Of a DNA stretch of 64,000 bases, positions 33,246 through 50,869 are shown in pieces. The notes below the pieces were generated by a model. The model made no database searches, had not been told where the DNA came from, and was given only the letters and a program-made list of their open reading frames with translations. The first letter of the stretch is position 1, and every line of letters begins with the position of its first letter. Both the position numbers and the translations under genes were made by a program. The stretch is from Balanoglossus misakiensis (Eukaryota > Animalia > Hemichordata), in NCBI GenBank assembly GCA_040954595.2, contig CM082579.2, positions 4,894,879 to 4,958,878 of the forward strand, written 5' to 3'.

Positions 33246-34265
33246 GATTCTTGCAGAATACTGTATTGAATACAGAACACTGCTCACCATTGATTTCCTT
33301 CTTATTGCCACAAAATGATCAAATGATCAAAAAAGATGACAGAAAGAGTAATATTGCGATGTCTTGCATAAATTACATTATGTGAAATCACAATTTATCA
33401 TAGTTGTTTTGGTCATCCTGGAAAAACAACGTGTACTTCTGCAGTATCTTATACAGAAGGCATGAAATAGCCACTTTAATCATATACAGAGTAGGAATAG
33501 GACTTTTGCATGCTTTGACAGTTTAAGTTGAGGGGGAGCTTATACTAGCAAGTATTGTATTTTTGTACTAATTTATGATGTGGTGTGTGTGTGTGAGGGA
33601 AGGGGGGAAAAATTGCCATTTACAGTAGGTGGTAGTGTAGTGCTGTAGTAAAGAAGTCTAGCATTACCTTTCAGTTGTTTCAGACGCAAGCATCAAACCT
33701 GGAAAGATAAACAGAACCGTGATTTTGGTTACTGTGTGACAGCTACAATAGATTGTAGATTGATCATGTACAATGTTTTTTTTTCCTTATTCAAAGCCTC
33801 TTAAAAAGGAATGTTATATTTGACAATGGGATTGAAATGTTTTTAGTGAAGGTTTGCATCACTATAATCATGTACTTTTTTTCTGTATATAATACAAAGA
33901 GATTAAAAAATGAGTATTTGAATTGTGTTTAATCTTGTCAAATTCTCTTGCTCCTTGGACAGTGTTGCTCCAAGTAACCCCCAAAACAAAAGTATTCCTG
34001 ATAGTAGACATTAGGGGCGCTATTGCAAGGACTTAGGCACGCGAGAAAAAAAAAATCAAAATGTACACTTCATCAGATCCCATTTTTATTGCGTTTAAGC
34101 CAAGTGTCCACATGTACTTCTTGAAATTAAATAAACACCACCATAAAACTCTGTCCCACAAATAAATTACCTTTACAGAACTTAAAATATTGGTGATGTT
34201 TCATATCATAATTGCACTGTATTTCATGAACCAACTTGAACTCGGCCCTTGCCCTTTGATCCATG

Positions 34266-37168
34266 TTACTCAATACCAGATAGTACATCTGCAAGGGTGA
34301 ATGTTCTGAACGCAATTGCCTCGTGAGGTTCACGACGCCCCCTCTCATACAGAATCCCAAATTTCTGCACTTGCTGGCTACCTTCGCTGGATTCAAAGTA
34401 TGTCATATCCGAGTAGCCTCCAGCTTCATAATTAATGGTCCAGGGATGACTCCATGTTTTCATTCCGTCTTTGCTGATGCGAATCGAGGTATCCTTCCTG
34501 TCTGTGGTATCAGCCGGGTTGGAAAATAAAACCCACGTCTTCAAAACTTGTTCGCTGACAACTGTTCCCGGGGGAGCAGGAAAGGCAACAATACTTGCCT
34601 GGAAAAAACGGAAAAAATCAGACAACCACAAGTATTGCTACATACAGCTGAGTGAGGAATTGAAAGTGAGATGCACGAGGTTTCCTATTTCACTGTTCTT
34701 TTCAGGAAGCTCTATGCTAAACACAAAGTTGCATCACTATCCACATGACCACACGTTCATAAACTTGCAAGTTGACATTTCAACTAACCTGGCAGCCGGA
34801 GTAGTTCCCAGCTTTGATGACCCCTCTCCTGACCTTGAAACCTGGTTCTATCAGAGATTCGGCCAGCTTGGGAAAGTCGAAAGTGAGGCCGCCATCCCTA
34901 CTGCACGATATTGCACGCGTCTGATACGAACTCAGTGTGCGACTGTTGAGACATATCTCATTATCTTCAAGTTCAACGGCCTGTTTTTAAAATAAAATAG
35001 TTGAAAATAATAGTCTGTCTCTGGGGAAAACTCAATTTCACTTGCGTTACACAAGTTTAAGTTTTATTTAAACATCAGAACTCTTTTCCAAATTGCCAAA
35101 ATGTAATCATCAATGTCCCAAAGTACCGATTCAATTAAAGAGACTTACCTGTGCTTCATTGGTGAGGATGTGATTGCCTAGTCTGTCAGCTCCTAGTGGT
35201 ACACGACCACCCATGTGCCAGCTGTCCCCGCCATCATCACTGTACATGACGAGAGAAAGATCGAGACAACCTAGCTGTGTGGCAGAGGCTGTCGAAGAAA
35301 CAAAAGCGGGGATGTAAACAGTGAGAACTCAATTTTTTTTTCAGTCAATCTGAGGATAAATCTGATACCAAACATCATACAACCAGTTTAATTTGCAATG
35401 CTCTTATCTCCCGAATCAGAATTAAACAACAGGAAACGTATGGGTGTGAACAGATGTTGATGTTTGTGCTTCCGCACCGCTTTCATTCAACTCACCTCTC
35501 TCATCTTTGAAATAGCTGTTGGCAGGAACAATGAGTCTGCCAGATCTCAGCTGTATACCATGGCCAGGCCCTGGTAGGTAAACGAAAATTCATCTGTGTT
35601 ACATGAGGATAAAGAGGAAAACTGGGTAATAAATTCAGAGAATATTTTTTCCGCCACAAAGATATGATTAACACTTAACAGGTATTCCAGCAATTTTGCT
35701 AACAATATAAAGTATTCATTCAATATCAAGTGTTCTATATCTGTTTATAGCAACAAGGCTTGCCTAACTTACCAGGAGCAAATAGCGATGGTGTCTGCTT
35801 CATCCTTGCCAGAGTGCTGGGTGTGATGTCTACCGGCTGGCTCCACGTCAGTCCATTGTCAAGACTCTGAAAAAGCAAGAGAAAGTAGACTGTGGAAAAG
35901 TTGACTACCCTACCAACCAACCGGAAAAGTATGTATGCGCATTCGCCAAAGGATTAGTTTTCCGGCTGATCCTGTGGAATGGATGATGTTGGTGCGGGGT
36001 TCTGGATCTAGTGTTAAAGTTGCATTACCTTCATGTAATGGAGTGCCTGTTCTAAAGTGCCATTCTCCAACAGTGCGAACTGGTTGACGTCTGCTTTGAA
36101 TGAAATGAACACCAGATGCAGACAGTTCCTTTTCCGGTCCACAATGGGCGTTGGATTCATCGCTCTGAAAATGAAAAACCACCATGAATTTCATTGATTG
36201 TTGTAGCATTTGGAGGACATAAATGTGGAACTTCAAAACGCATAAATAAATCAAGGAAAACCACATGCAGTCTAGTCTGACATTGTAACACTGGTATTGT
36301 CTGTGTATGTATAGCTACATACATTTAACAGTAAGAGAATGTACACACCTCCTTCCCGGCATGCTGACCACAATCTCCGCTTCATCCCAGACGACACCAC
36401 TTCCACTCAGCTTTCCTCTCCTGGATATGATGTCCATATTGCCGAGGTCGAGCGCCGTGTCCTTGCGCGCCTCGCAGAATGCGATGAAGGTGCCGTCCGC
36501 GAAGACGAGAGCCGGAATTCTGGCAAATGAGGGGAGTGTTCAGCAAAGCAATTTCGATAACAGAAATATTCTGCCCTCTAAACCCAGTTACTCTATCCAC
36601 AGTCCATGCACTTCAAGATACCCACAATTCCACTTTCCAAGATGGCGCCATTGTAGCCAGAGAAGATTCATTTACACCAGGATTATGAATGATAGCTCCT
36701 CACCAAACCGATCATTTGATGACAACTTCATACCTGGTTGTATTGTATCCTAGGTAACCCTCATAAAACAAAGGTGTATCTGTAATAGGAAACAAGTGTT
36801 GAATATCATCATCTGTTACAGTTGAGGAGGGAGTTATCAAGTCCCTGTCATTTTGTCCAATGAGTTTTTGTGCTTTACCAGAGTCCAGAGATAAATAACT
36901 ACACAGATTCCTTGCAATGCTACAATTAATGGTGATTTTATACAAAGATGAAGACCAGTGGGAACAGACTCTTACCTTCGGGGCCAAAGTAAGGGACGCC
37001 ATCCCCATTGCTGTTTCGGAATACAAACCTCGCTAGGCTTGCATCAACTGCGCGGTGGTTGTCTACCAGACACCTGTGGTTCAGCAGCCACGTTACGACT
37101 ACCAGCGAAAGACACGCGACGCTTACCAAATAAAGAGCTGGTAACAGTCTTACTCGAACTGGCATCAT
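34266..37168 (-). CDS. Sialidase (neuraminidase, GH33) with N-terminal hydrophobic anchor; ~9 exons
   Basis: RIP motif across an exon junction (YNTTR|IPAL..FCEARK); Asp boxes SLDNGLTWS, SDDGGDSW, SRDGGLTF, SKDGMKTWS; catalytic GYSD and LYERG in the last exon. Confidence 0.9.
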
Positions 37169-37693
37169 ATTTTGGACAGTCCTATGTGTTTGTTACAAAG
37201 TGGCTCATCGTTGTAAACTATTTTATCATATGACAACTGCACTCAACTGAGCTGAGCCCGTTTTGCTTACGTGTCCGCGCCGCGGATTTAACCTTTGTGA
37301 AATAAAACTATGCTCAAATGCGAACAATATCATGCAGACTACATCACGTTGTACAACAAAAAATGTTGGCTACCGTCCTCTTCTGTGATGTTATCGACGT
37401 TCTCGTCAAGTTCAAGTTTCAGTTTCTCGTACATCAGCTATGCAATATATAGGTCATTGCGCGGATGCGGGCAGGATGCGGGTCATGGGTCGATCACCAG
37501 GGCAACCGCCCACACGAGGGCGCTATTTCGATTTGTCCGTGACATGACACAGTGCTAGTGACTGCGAGCGCACTGGGACATACGACTCGACCCCTGGACT
37601 TGACGGCATCGCAACTGGGGATTACGGGCACATTCACTTCCAAAAAGCCAGAGAGCTTCTGATTGACGGCGCCAACCAAATAAATAGTTACAG

Positions 37694-40600
37694 ATGGACT
37701 CCAACGGCGTTAAAAGGGCGGAGGTCATCATAGTGGGGGCTGGGATCACTGGTAATCGTTGCATTTTTACGGTTGGCCTATTGCATGTACTTTATTGGTG
37801 CGGCAAAACTACCAAACACGTTTTTACCTCCATGGTGCACAATTTTTCCATAGCTGATATTATGTTTCGCTTTTTTCACCACAATGAATTACGCCAGCTC
37901 CATCTGATACAAAGCAGTGTTTTATGGCGTACTCACGCAGGCGAGGTCAACTAGGGTGCAGTGACGCGATTGCTGTTCTGTGCTGTGTGTTTTTGCGTGC
38001 GCAAGGTCATATTGAGCGGTCACCACCGCTACGTGGTGGCACAGTACAAAAAAGTTTGTCAAACACAAGTATCAGGGGGTTACTTGAGTAACTGAAAACA
38101 CTCTTCTCCACAGGGACAACGGCAGCCAAAGCACTTTATGATGAAGGAATTGACGTCATCACACTGGACGCTAGTAACAGGGTTGGTGGAAGAGTTTATA
38201 CAAAGAAGGTAAAATTAACAAGAAAGTGATCAATAAATTATGCATGGACACATGCAGTTAGAGGAATTTTCATTAACAAATGTCACATGTATATTGTTGG
38301 TTGCTATTAATTACAGACTTCGCTATCCACCTACGCTGATTTAGGAGGGCAGTACATCGGACCGTTTGATCACGATCTCATGAACTTATGCCAAGAAATG
38401 GGTGTTCAGATTTACAATCCTCCACCTCCTACTGGCTGTCTGGCTTTCTACACTCGGGTAAATATCACGCAATGGACTTTATACCTCTTGCCAACCCCTA
38501 TACATGTATATACATTTATAATATTAATAATAGCATTATCCTGACCTCCCATGACCTCCAAGGGGCGCAGTTGTCTGCAGCAATCAAATTCCGCTCTGCC
38601 ATATTGACCCTAGATGGTCGTATTTATGACTTTTGGCCATAGGCGCTTCATTTGTAATCCCATAAATTCACTACAACTGTTTCTAGATTTTTTTTTACCT
38701 ATAGAACTGAAACCAGGCATCTGTATTAACTTCATATTGTGCCACTTTTCAGGGTCGAACCGGACGTTACAGAACAAGTTTACCGATTTGGAACCCCGTA
38801 ATTTGCATGGATTTGAATAATTTCTTTCGTACACTGAAGACCGAGTCATCGAAGGTGAATATTTTACTTTCGGTAGTACGTCATTATAATTTTATGCTCA
38901 AGCAATAAAGAATCATTTTCTCCGAGTTTTTATACTATGATCTTCTTTGAGTTTTTTTATATCTTTCGTTGATATAGGTGCCCTTAAATGCTCCGTGGAA
39001 AGCCAAAAATGCCAGAGAGCTAGACCAGATGACGGCAAAACAATGGATTGAAGACGTGTGTTTTACAGAGTAAGTTCTCTCAGTCTGTTTCAATTTCTTT
39101 TTAAGTTGGTCCTTGCCTGAAAATATCGATATCAGATTTATGCAGTAATCACTACACCGCTGTCATGACAACAAGCTAATATCACCAACTCATCTCTTGC
39201 CTCCGAAGGACAGTCAAGAAGATTGCCACCGCTTTGGTGTCCGTAACATTCTGCGTGGAGCCCGGGGAGGTATCGCTTTTATTCTTGCTCTGGTTTCGCG
39301 GAAAGGCCGGTTGCTTGTTCTACGATTTTCTGTTCTCCGTGCCGCCAAGTTTTGAAGTTGATGTGAGTAACAACCTAGGCTGTGGTGACCAGATCATCCG
39401 ATTTTAGCTATTTTACCACTATTGGTATTGTGATTCATAGTTCCTACCAATTATTATCTTAAAATGTTATATAAATGCATAAATAGTCAAAATGCAATCG
39501 GAAATTCTAGCATTCATGCAATGAGAATATACAGGGCAGATCGTGGCATATGCGATTTTAAAAAGAAAGGTCTGACACTTAGAACTTAGTTTGATTCATT
39601 TTATCTTTACCTACAGGGTCCGAGGTTTGTCGGTGGAGGTCAACAGCTGTGTGAAAAAATGACCGAGGGCTTCGCCGATAAAGTGCTCCTCAATAACCAG
39701 GTTCAAGACATTTCGCAAGACGGGGACAGGGTTGCGGTGAAAACGAGAAATGGTAACATCTATGAGGTACACAATGTCCTTTTGTTTGTACTCATGCTCA
39801 CCCAACAACTTAACGTTCACAAACTACTGCTTTTTTCAAGTTCAAAATCCAATCCTTCTCTGATAACCTATCTCTAGGCAGACTACGTGATCTGTACCGT
39901 TCCCGTGCCAATGGTCCAAGGTATTACATTCACCCCGCCGTTGCCCGGTCTCCAGAGTCAAGCTTATAACAGAATATGCATGGGTTCGTGCATCAAGACT
40001 GTGACCTACTACCGAAAGCCATTTTGGATTGAAAAAGGTGATTATTGCGATAACAAAACCTATAGGACAAGCTCATACGTTATAGTCAGTTAATTTGATC
40101 ACGATTTGCGTCAATTTTTCTCGGTAGTGACTGCATCTGACGCAAAACTAGGCCTATACCATTAAATCGTGTTAATTAATGTTTGTCACCATAGGGTTCA
40201 ACGGTAACTGCGTGGTACTCGATGACGATGAACCTGTCAACTTTATCGTGGATGACACCAAATCTGACGGATCCTATCCCGCTCTGCTAAGGTGGGCAGT
40301 TAAATGAGATCAGATCGTAAGCTTAAGACATCAACGGAACAGAGAGGGAGTAGTCACAAACGTTACATGTTCATCTTCTGGATATCTTGAAAATAATCCA
40401 TGGACGATTAAAAATAAAACTATTCTTTTCGTCTCAACTTAGCTACATCACGGCCAGAAGAGCAACAGTTCTCATGTCGTACACGACGGAGGAGAGGTAA
40501 TTTAAACAACTCAAAATCCTGCAGTAGTTGCACCTATATGCAGTTTGCTCGAAGTTACCCTCAAGTAAAAATACGGAGAAGTTGTTATATTGGAAGAGAT

Positions 40601-41750
40601 GGTGGGTCCACCTATTCACTCACTGTTTGTAAACAAACGGACGGCGGAGTTGCGATCTTGAGGATGACGAACCTTTTTCTTTGGTTGTTAGCTGCATGAC
40701 AAAACAAGCGACATGTCCGACGTTACTGAAATCATTCCCCGAAAAAATGTTATAATATTCGTGTCTCAACGGTGCTGTTTGTTTCTGATTTCTTGTACAG
40801 AAAACAGAGGCTTTGTGAACTGTATGCTAAAGTGTTCCAGACTGAAGAGGCAAAACAGGTAATTATATAAAATTTTGATTACAGCTAGATAGTTTTTCAC
40901 ATACATGTAGCTCAGCCCCAAAATGAAATTGAATTCAGTGGTTGAACAACATCGTATTGCGCATATAATAATATAATTATTAAAATCTTATCTATGTTGT
41001 CTTTGCCCTGTACTGTGCAGCCTGTCGACTACATTGAATGCGACTGGTCTTCGGAACAGTACATCGGGGGCGGCCATGCGTCATTTTATCCGCCTGGAGT
41101 GCTCACAAACTACGCAAGGTAAAATTTCTATTTTGATGAGAAAATCGTCACGGTGTTATGGTATTTCACAGCCACAAATGTTTTTGTGTTCAGAAGAATT
41201 CGATGTTCAGTTTATAATAACCGGTTTGGCCAGAGGTGACGATTTGTCTATTACAGGAGTATGGAGCCATCGTTTGGACGGATTTTGTTCTCAACTGCCG
41301 ACAATATACAGTTGCCTGCTAGTTTCGGAATGAATGCCGCCATTGGTGCTGGGTCCATTGCAGCAAAACAGGTGTGAAAGCGTGTGTGTGTGTTTTAATG
41401 CGTCTACACTGTAGTTGCAACGATTCCTACAAGTGACAATTAGAAACGACCATGGTCTATGATCACCAATAACAATATTTCAATCCATGCGATTCCACAT
41501 TACCTAGTTTAACACGTTGGTATTCTATTGACCACACCCCTGTGCAAACCATTCACAGGTGCTGTACAGGAAAGGCAGAATTTCCAAGGAAGATGTCGAC
41601 CAGGACAACCAAGGGACAGACGTGTTTTCCAAACCAGGGCTCAGTTGGAGAGAAATATTGATTCCTTCGGTGCCGCATTTTGTGCAGGTGGTCAACCTTC
41701 TCCTCATACTGTCTGTCTTTGGATCTGTGCTTTTCAAGTCGAGAAAGTAG
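37694..41750 (+). CDS. Monoamine oxidase-like flavoprotein with C-terminal membrane anchor; ~14 exons
   Basis: VIIVGAGITG dinucleotide fold, RVGGR, DLGGQYIGP, VPLNAPW, MGSCIK..YYRKPFW, DDTKSDGSYPAL, YPPGVLTNY; hydrophobic C-tail followed by KSRK. Confidence 0.9.
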
Positions 41751-43365
41751 TGGACTGCACCATAGACTCTAGACATGTGCTGATCATATCCGGTGATCAT
41801 AGGTCAGACAGAACACGGGGGCAACAAGGTTCAATGTGTAGATAGAGAAAGCTTTGACAGTAAATTTACTTCAAAGCAAATTTCAGATTAGCTCAACTTT
41901 AAAAGCCTGGCAAATGGACTGTTGGGCCGCTAAACTCCGCATCGTCGTAAATCGCGTGCCTCTTTACGACAACGGCTACTGGGAAGAGGAGTTCTTGGGG
42001 CCATAATCGAGCAGTGGTTCGCGAGAATGTGACAGACTCAATCACTCAATTAGAAGAAAGCATACAATCGCGTTGACGGTTGAGCAGGGTTGTCGTCATT
42101 CATTTTGAAATATTCAATAAAAGTATTTTTGCAGTTGGTTTATCGTTTGTTATTGTAGACCCTAAAAATTGTTGAAAATTCTGCCACGCAGGAGGAATGG
42201 TTTTTGGGAGTATGTAATGGCAAAGTTGAAATTCAATTTCAAACGCCAACGCCCAGTGGGTGGGACAGACCCTCTTCATCGAGTGTTGCATGCAGCAAAG
42301 ATTGGCATGAGGTGCTGGGGGGAAATGCGAGGAATTAACAGACACTGACCTTGCCAGAATGGCCTATGCGACATCCACATATTCCAGCTCTCGTTCCTGG
42401 CACGTCCCCCATGCTTTCCACACTCGGTAGACTTCCGCGGGTTGTGTGATACATGCATGCGCACAGCGTGGCAAACTGATGTGCACCTGGATCAGTGCAG
42501 TCAGTCTGTTAGCCAATAAGATAGCGGTATTAAACCATGCTTTTGTGTCTGAACTTCCATCCCTAATGACACCAGGTGTGTAGAGGTGCGATGTATATTG
42601 ATCGGTCTGATGGCACCGCACAGCCAGACCCCTCCCTTTTTGGTTCCGTGTGTTTACAATAATATTCTAAACCTCACAGCTTCCCTTGCCATTATCCTTA
42701 TTTTTGTAGCAGAGCACAGCCAGTGGGAAAATTGAGCCGGGAAAAGCTTGACGTCGCGCCAGTTAACCCCAATCAAAGTCATTCACCTTGACTGTGCGAC
42801 ATATATAGACTTTTGAAGACCTTTGGGGTTAGAAAATGCAACTGGCGCGACGCCAATAGCGTTCCCCTGCCCCCACCCCACCCCATGGTCGCGCTATGCC
42901 ACAGTCGTTGTAAGTTTTATATGACTGACAACATTGCTTGGCATATTGAAAATGTGTTGTCCCTTTTCAGTGCAGGTGCAAGCCAGTGCAAATCAATGTC
43001 ATAGCAGGTTTCGTTTGTGTGTACTGGTAACAGGAAATCTTCTGTGCGATCGGCCTTGTTGCTTGCCCATAGCCCTGATAACTTTGTTTGTTTTGTGTCA
43101 GGTCTTTCGACCTTGCGTGCAGTTCACCTACATGTATGGTTCATTTGCATGGGGTCACATATAGTCTGTAAACCGGATCACGTATGATAGCATGGGCGTA
43201 AAAAATGATAGGTAGACTGTCGTTATTTCCGAATGGCGGAGACACGGAATTCATACTGAGCTCGCCTATGTGATAGAGAAAGCGAAAGGGTTGAAGCCGG
43301 CTTCTATTTAAAAATCGAACTTGAATTTACGTGCCAGTAGCCAGTTGCACTGGCCAGTTGGAAGT

Positions 43366-45604
43366 ATGGCTCTCGAGGAAGGTGAGAATTTCGAAGTGGA
43401 GCTCAGCGCCAACAAGGAACACGGCGACCCTCAAACAACTACATATCCAAACGGTGGCTATGGCTGGTTCATCGTGCTCAGCGCCCACATCAACGAACTC
43501 TTCTTTGATGGCGTTGGAGCAGCGATAGCTGTGCTGCTGGTTAGCTGGAAAAACTACTTCGACGTCAAGGCTGGAAGCATTTCATTGATCGCTTCAATAG
43601 GATTATTTGTTATTCATTGTGGTGGTAGGTATATATTTTCCTCGTGATTGCGGGACGTTTCAGCCTATACTACCAGTATAACACGACTTTCACATGAAAA
43701 TAATTGCAATCGGGACTTATATGACATTGACGTGGCCATTTGAAAGCCTAGACTAAAACAAACCATAGCACAACACAACACAGACAGCAAAAAAAAGCAC
43801 CGAGGAGAGAGTCACTTCTGTAAAGGAAACACAATATGGACCTCTGACCAAAATACCAAGAAGTGATGTCACATGTCAGGTGTTTCGAAAATAGTGAGCA
43901 GATCCTCCCCCAAATTATGCCAAAACTCGCCATCATCATTTTGCTAATTTTTGGACAGTGTTGTGTTATTTTACACCTTTTTGCTTCTTATGTTCAATTG
44001 AAGACTTAGGTCTTTCACCAAATATGATTTCGTTTTTGTTAATTAAGCCCCGATCTCAACTTCACTTGGAGAAAAGTTTGGATGCAGGAAGGTAGCTATG
44101 ACTGGTGCACTCCTGTGTGCCGCCGGACTCTTCATAAGCGGCTTTGTGTATAGTACCTTTGCACTGTACATGACTATAGGAGTTTTGACAAGTAAGTAGC
44201 CCATCATATATCATGATTATTCTTCTTAAACATCCACTTCGTGAATTTCTGACCTCGTTCTTTCCGATATCTCTAGTCCCTCTGCATCTTAAGCTTGTCC
44301 ATATTAACGATTTCATATATTCCATGCATGTCTCACTCTGTTGCTGCTCTATATTTTCCCAATGCAGATTTTGGTCTGGCTATGTCCTACTCACCGGCTT
44401 TTGTTCTGATGGGCAAGTATTTCAACGAACGCTATGCCCTGGCGAACGGACTAGCTGCGGCCGGGTACGGCCTCGGTGTCATGGGGCTACCTCCTCTGTT
44501 ACAAGTCCTCATCGACAAATATGGGTGGCAGGGGGCGTGCATCGTGCTGGCCGGACTCACCCTGAACCTGTGCGTTGCCGACGCCCTTCTCAGACCCCTG
44601 GCTGCAAAGGGCAAGGCAAGTGCAGCAAAATCCCGTGGCTGCAGACAGAGGTGCGGACAAATCGGCCTGCTGTTTGGCCTGGGTCCTGTCTGCTGTCAGC
44701 CGCTGGCGCTTTGCACGGCCGTGGCTACGGCTGTCTACAGCGCGTCCAACGGCACAGTTTGGACCTTTCTGATATTGCACGTCACCGACATCGGCGTGGA
44801 CGCCACCAGGGCCTCGCTGCTGTTCACCGTCGTCGGAGTCAGCTCCCTGGCGATGAGGCTGGTCCACGGATGGTTCGTCGACCTGAGAGTGGTGGCACCG
44901 GTGTGCGTCAACGCCGCAAGCCTGCTCGTCTGGTCGATCCTGGACCTGACATTTCCTCTGATTGTCGAGTACAAGTGGATCGTCTGTTACTGCGTCTTTT
45001 TCGGTCTGACCAGCGGGCTGTTCAATTCACTTTACATCGTAGTGATGAAGGACGTGGTGCAACCAGAACACTATCCGCAGGCTTTTGGCATGCTGTTGTT
45101 CTTCTCCGGAATTGGGAACTTTGCAGGCATAACGATTGCAGGTGAGACCGACTACAAAAAGTACCAAAGCAATACTCCTCCACACTACATTCACAAGTCT
45201 TGGTAACACTATCCTTCAAATAGTCCTTTTGTGACTCTATAACTTCCTAACAACAAGAAAACTAATAGTTCGTAAGACAGAACGTAACAAGAAGTCGTAA
45301 CAAATGGCCATAAATTGCCGTACTGCAAACCGACCCCTTCATTTTATATATTTCAGGTTTATTATACGACGAGTACGAGTCTTCAGCTGTAGCGTTTTAC
45401 GTCGCTGGAATATACGGGCTTATTGCCACACTTCTCTATTTTGCCGTTCATGCACTCCACACTTTTTATCGGAGAAATGAGAGGCGTGGCGCGGAAGATC
45501 CTCAGTGCAAAACTGGTCGGCCTTCACAAGCGGGGTACCTTGAAGTGGTTGCTAAGGAACGCGTGAATGATCCTGGCCCAGAAGAATGTTCCTTAAAGTC
45601 TTAA
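43366..45604 (+). CDS. SLC16/monocarboxylate transporter-family MFS permease; 4 exons
   Basis: PNGGYGW signature, KFGCRKV, YFNERYALANGLA..G, GWQGA, GWFVD, GLLYD; exons ~43366-43624, 44048-44191, 44368-45141, 45357-45604. Confidence 0.9.
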
Positions 45605-46146
45605 TTATATTGTCGATATAACTTGTCAGATGAATTTTTTACACCTTAACGCACATCCATTACTTGACTTGTTCCAAGTCCAAGGGCTTCATGATTTCAT
45701 AATAAATACATGTACATTTAAGAAAATTTTGTTCCGAGTGTCGATCTCTAGCGTTAGACTGAAACAGTCGGCCAGGAAAAGTCCTGGATGTGCGCATGCT
45801 CCGGCTCACCAAAGGCATTCCCGGAGCGCCCTCACACGACTGAATCTTTCACAACTCTAGCGTGTGTGGAGTAAACCACAATCCAATATATTCAGTGTGC
45901 AGGACATGAGAAAAGCAAGAATTTACCCTCATGATGTTCATAGAACTGAGGTTCCTTTCACTGATATATTATTGATTCAGTCTGGATTTTAATCTTCGTT
46001 AAAATTTGCATAAAAATATGAATATAAAACAGTACGGTTACTCTGATCGACTATAATTATACATGTACATGCTTTTCGGGAGCAGTACATAACAAAACAA
46101 ACGGATTTCCAGTTTTCATATCATCGTCTTCATTAATTGCACATCT

Positions 46147-50026
<3,880 letters not shown>

Positions 50027-50869
50027 CCCGATCCCCGTTGAGGTCGACCCCGCCCACCGTCACTTGTGCAGTGACCTTTGTGGTTGACCTTACAACTTTG
50101 ACCGACAATGGCGCCCCCAATGTGAAATTAAATTACCACTTTTGTTTATCTATGTATAGAAGTATATTTACAATATACAAGGTATGAAATCAAGAACAAC
50201 ATTTACAATATTCTTGAAACAATATACATGGGGTATTTACATTAACACTAAACCTGCTGGAATTTTCTTACATTGAGGATTATGAACCAATGAATAAATT
50301 GTTATAATTTCAATAAATAAATAAATTAGATACTTTAATACATATTGAGTTCATTACCAGAACAATTTCAGAATTTGTGAAATGTTTCAGAGCTCTAACA
50401 CAAGGATAGGTTTGTGTTCTTATCAAAAATAAAAGCTACAATTCTTGCATAGTTACTCTATTAAATGTACTGTGTATAGAATTAAGAAATATCACTTCTT
50501 ACCAATCAACAGTAAATTCATTTTATGGTTAGCCACTGACCAGCCCAAGTACTGTTCATGTTATGAAACAAAACCAGTAGCAAGTAAAAAAGTCTACAAA
50601 CTGTAAAAAAATAAACTACATCGATCAAAAAAATGTCGGACCTGGTTCTTGACAGTGCATACTATTTACAAAGAATTTCAGTACTGTACTCTATTGTTAT
50701 TGAGTAAGAAGTAAAAAAATGTGAGCTATTTACAAGGATGTCATGAGGCCGAAAGTTCAAAGTGGACAAAGAAGGATGTGTTACTGTTTACACAAGGTAA
50801 ATTAAGCTGGCCGCTTAAGTTAGTACATGTACATGAATTTGTGATTTCAAGGTTTATTCCACTGGCATT

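Noticed and set aside
32307-33311. 334-aa antisense ORF over the NHL gene
   Set aside because: Shadow ORF expected from GC3-rich codon usage on the opposite strand; no protein-like features.
44213-45145. 310-aa alternative-frame ORF in the SLC16 gene
   Set aside because: Arg/Gly-rich off-frame read of a GC-rich exon; the other frame carries the transporter motifs.
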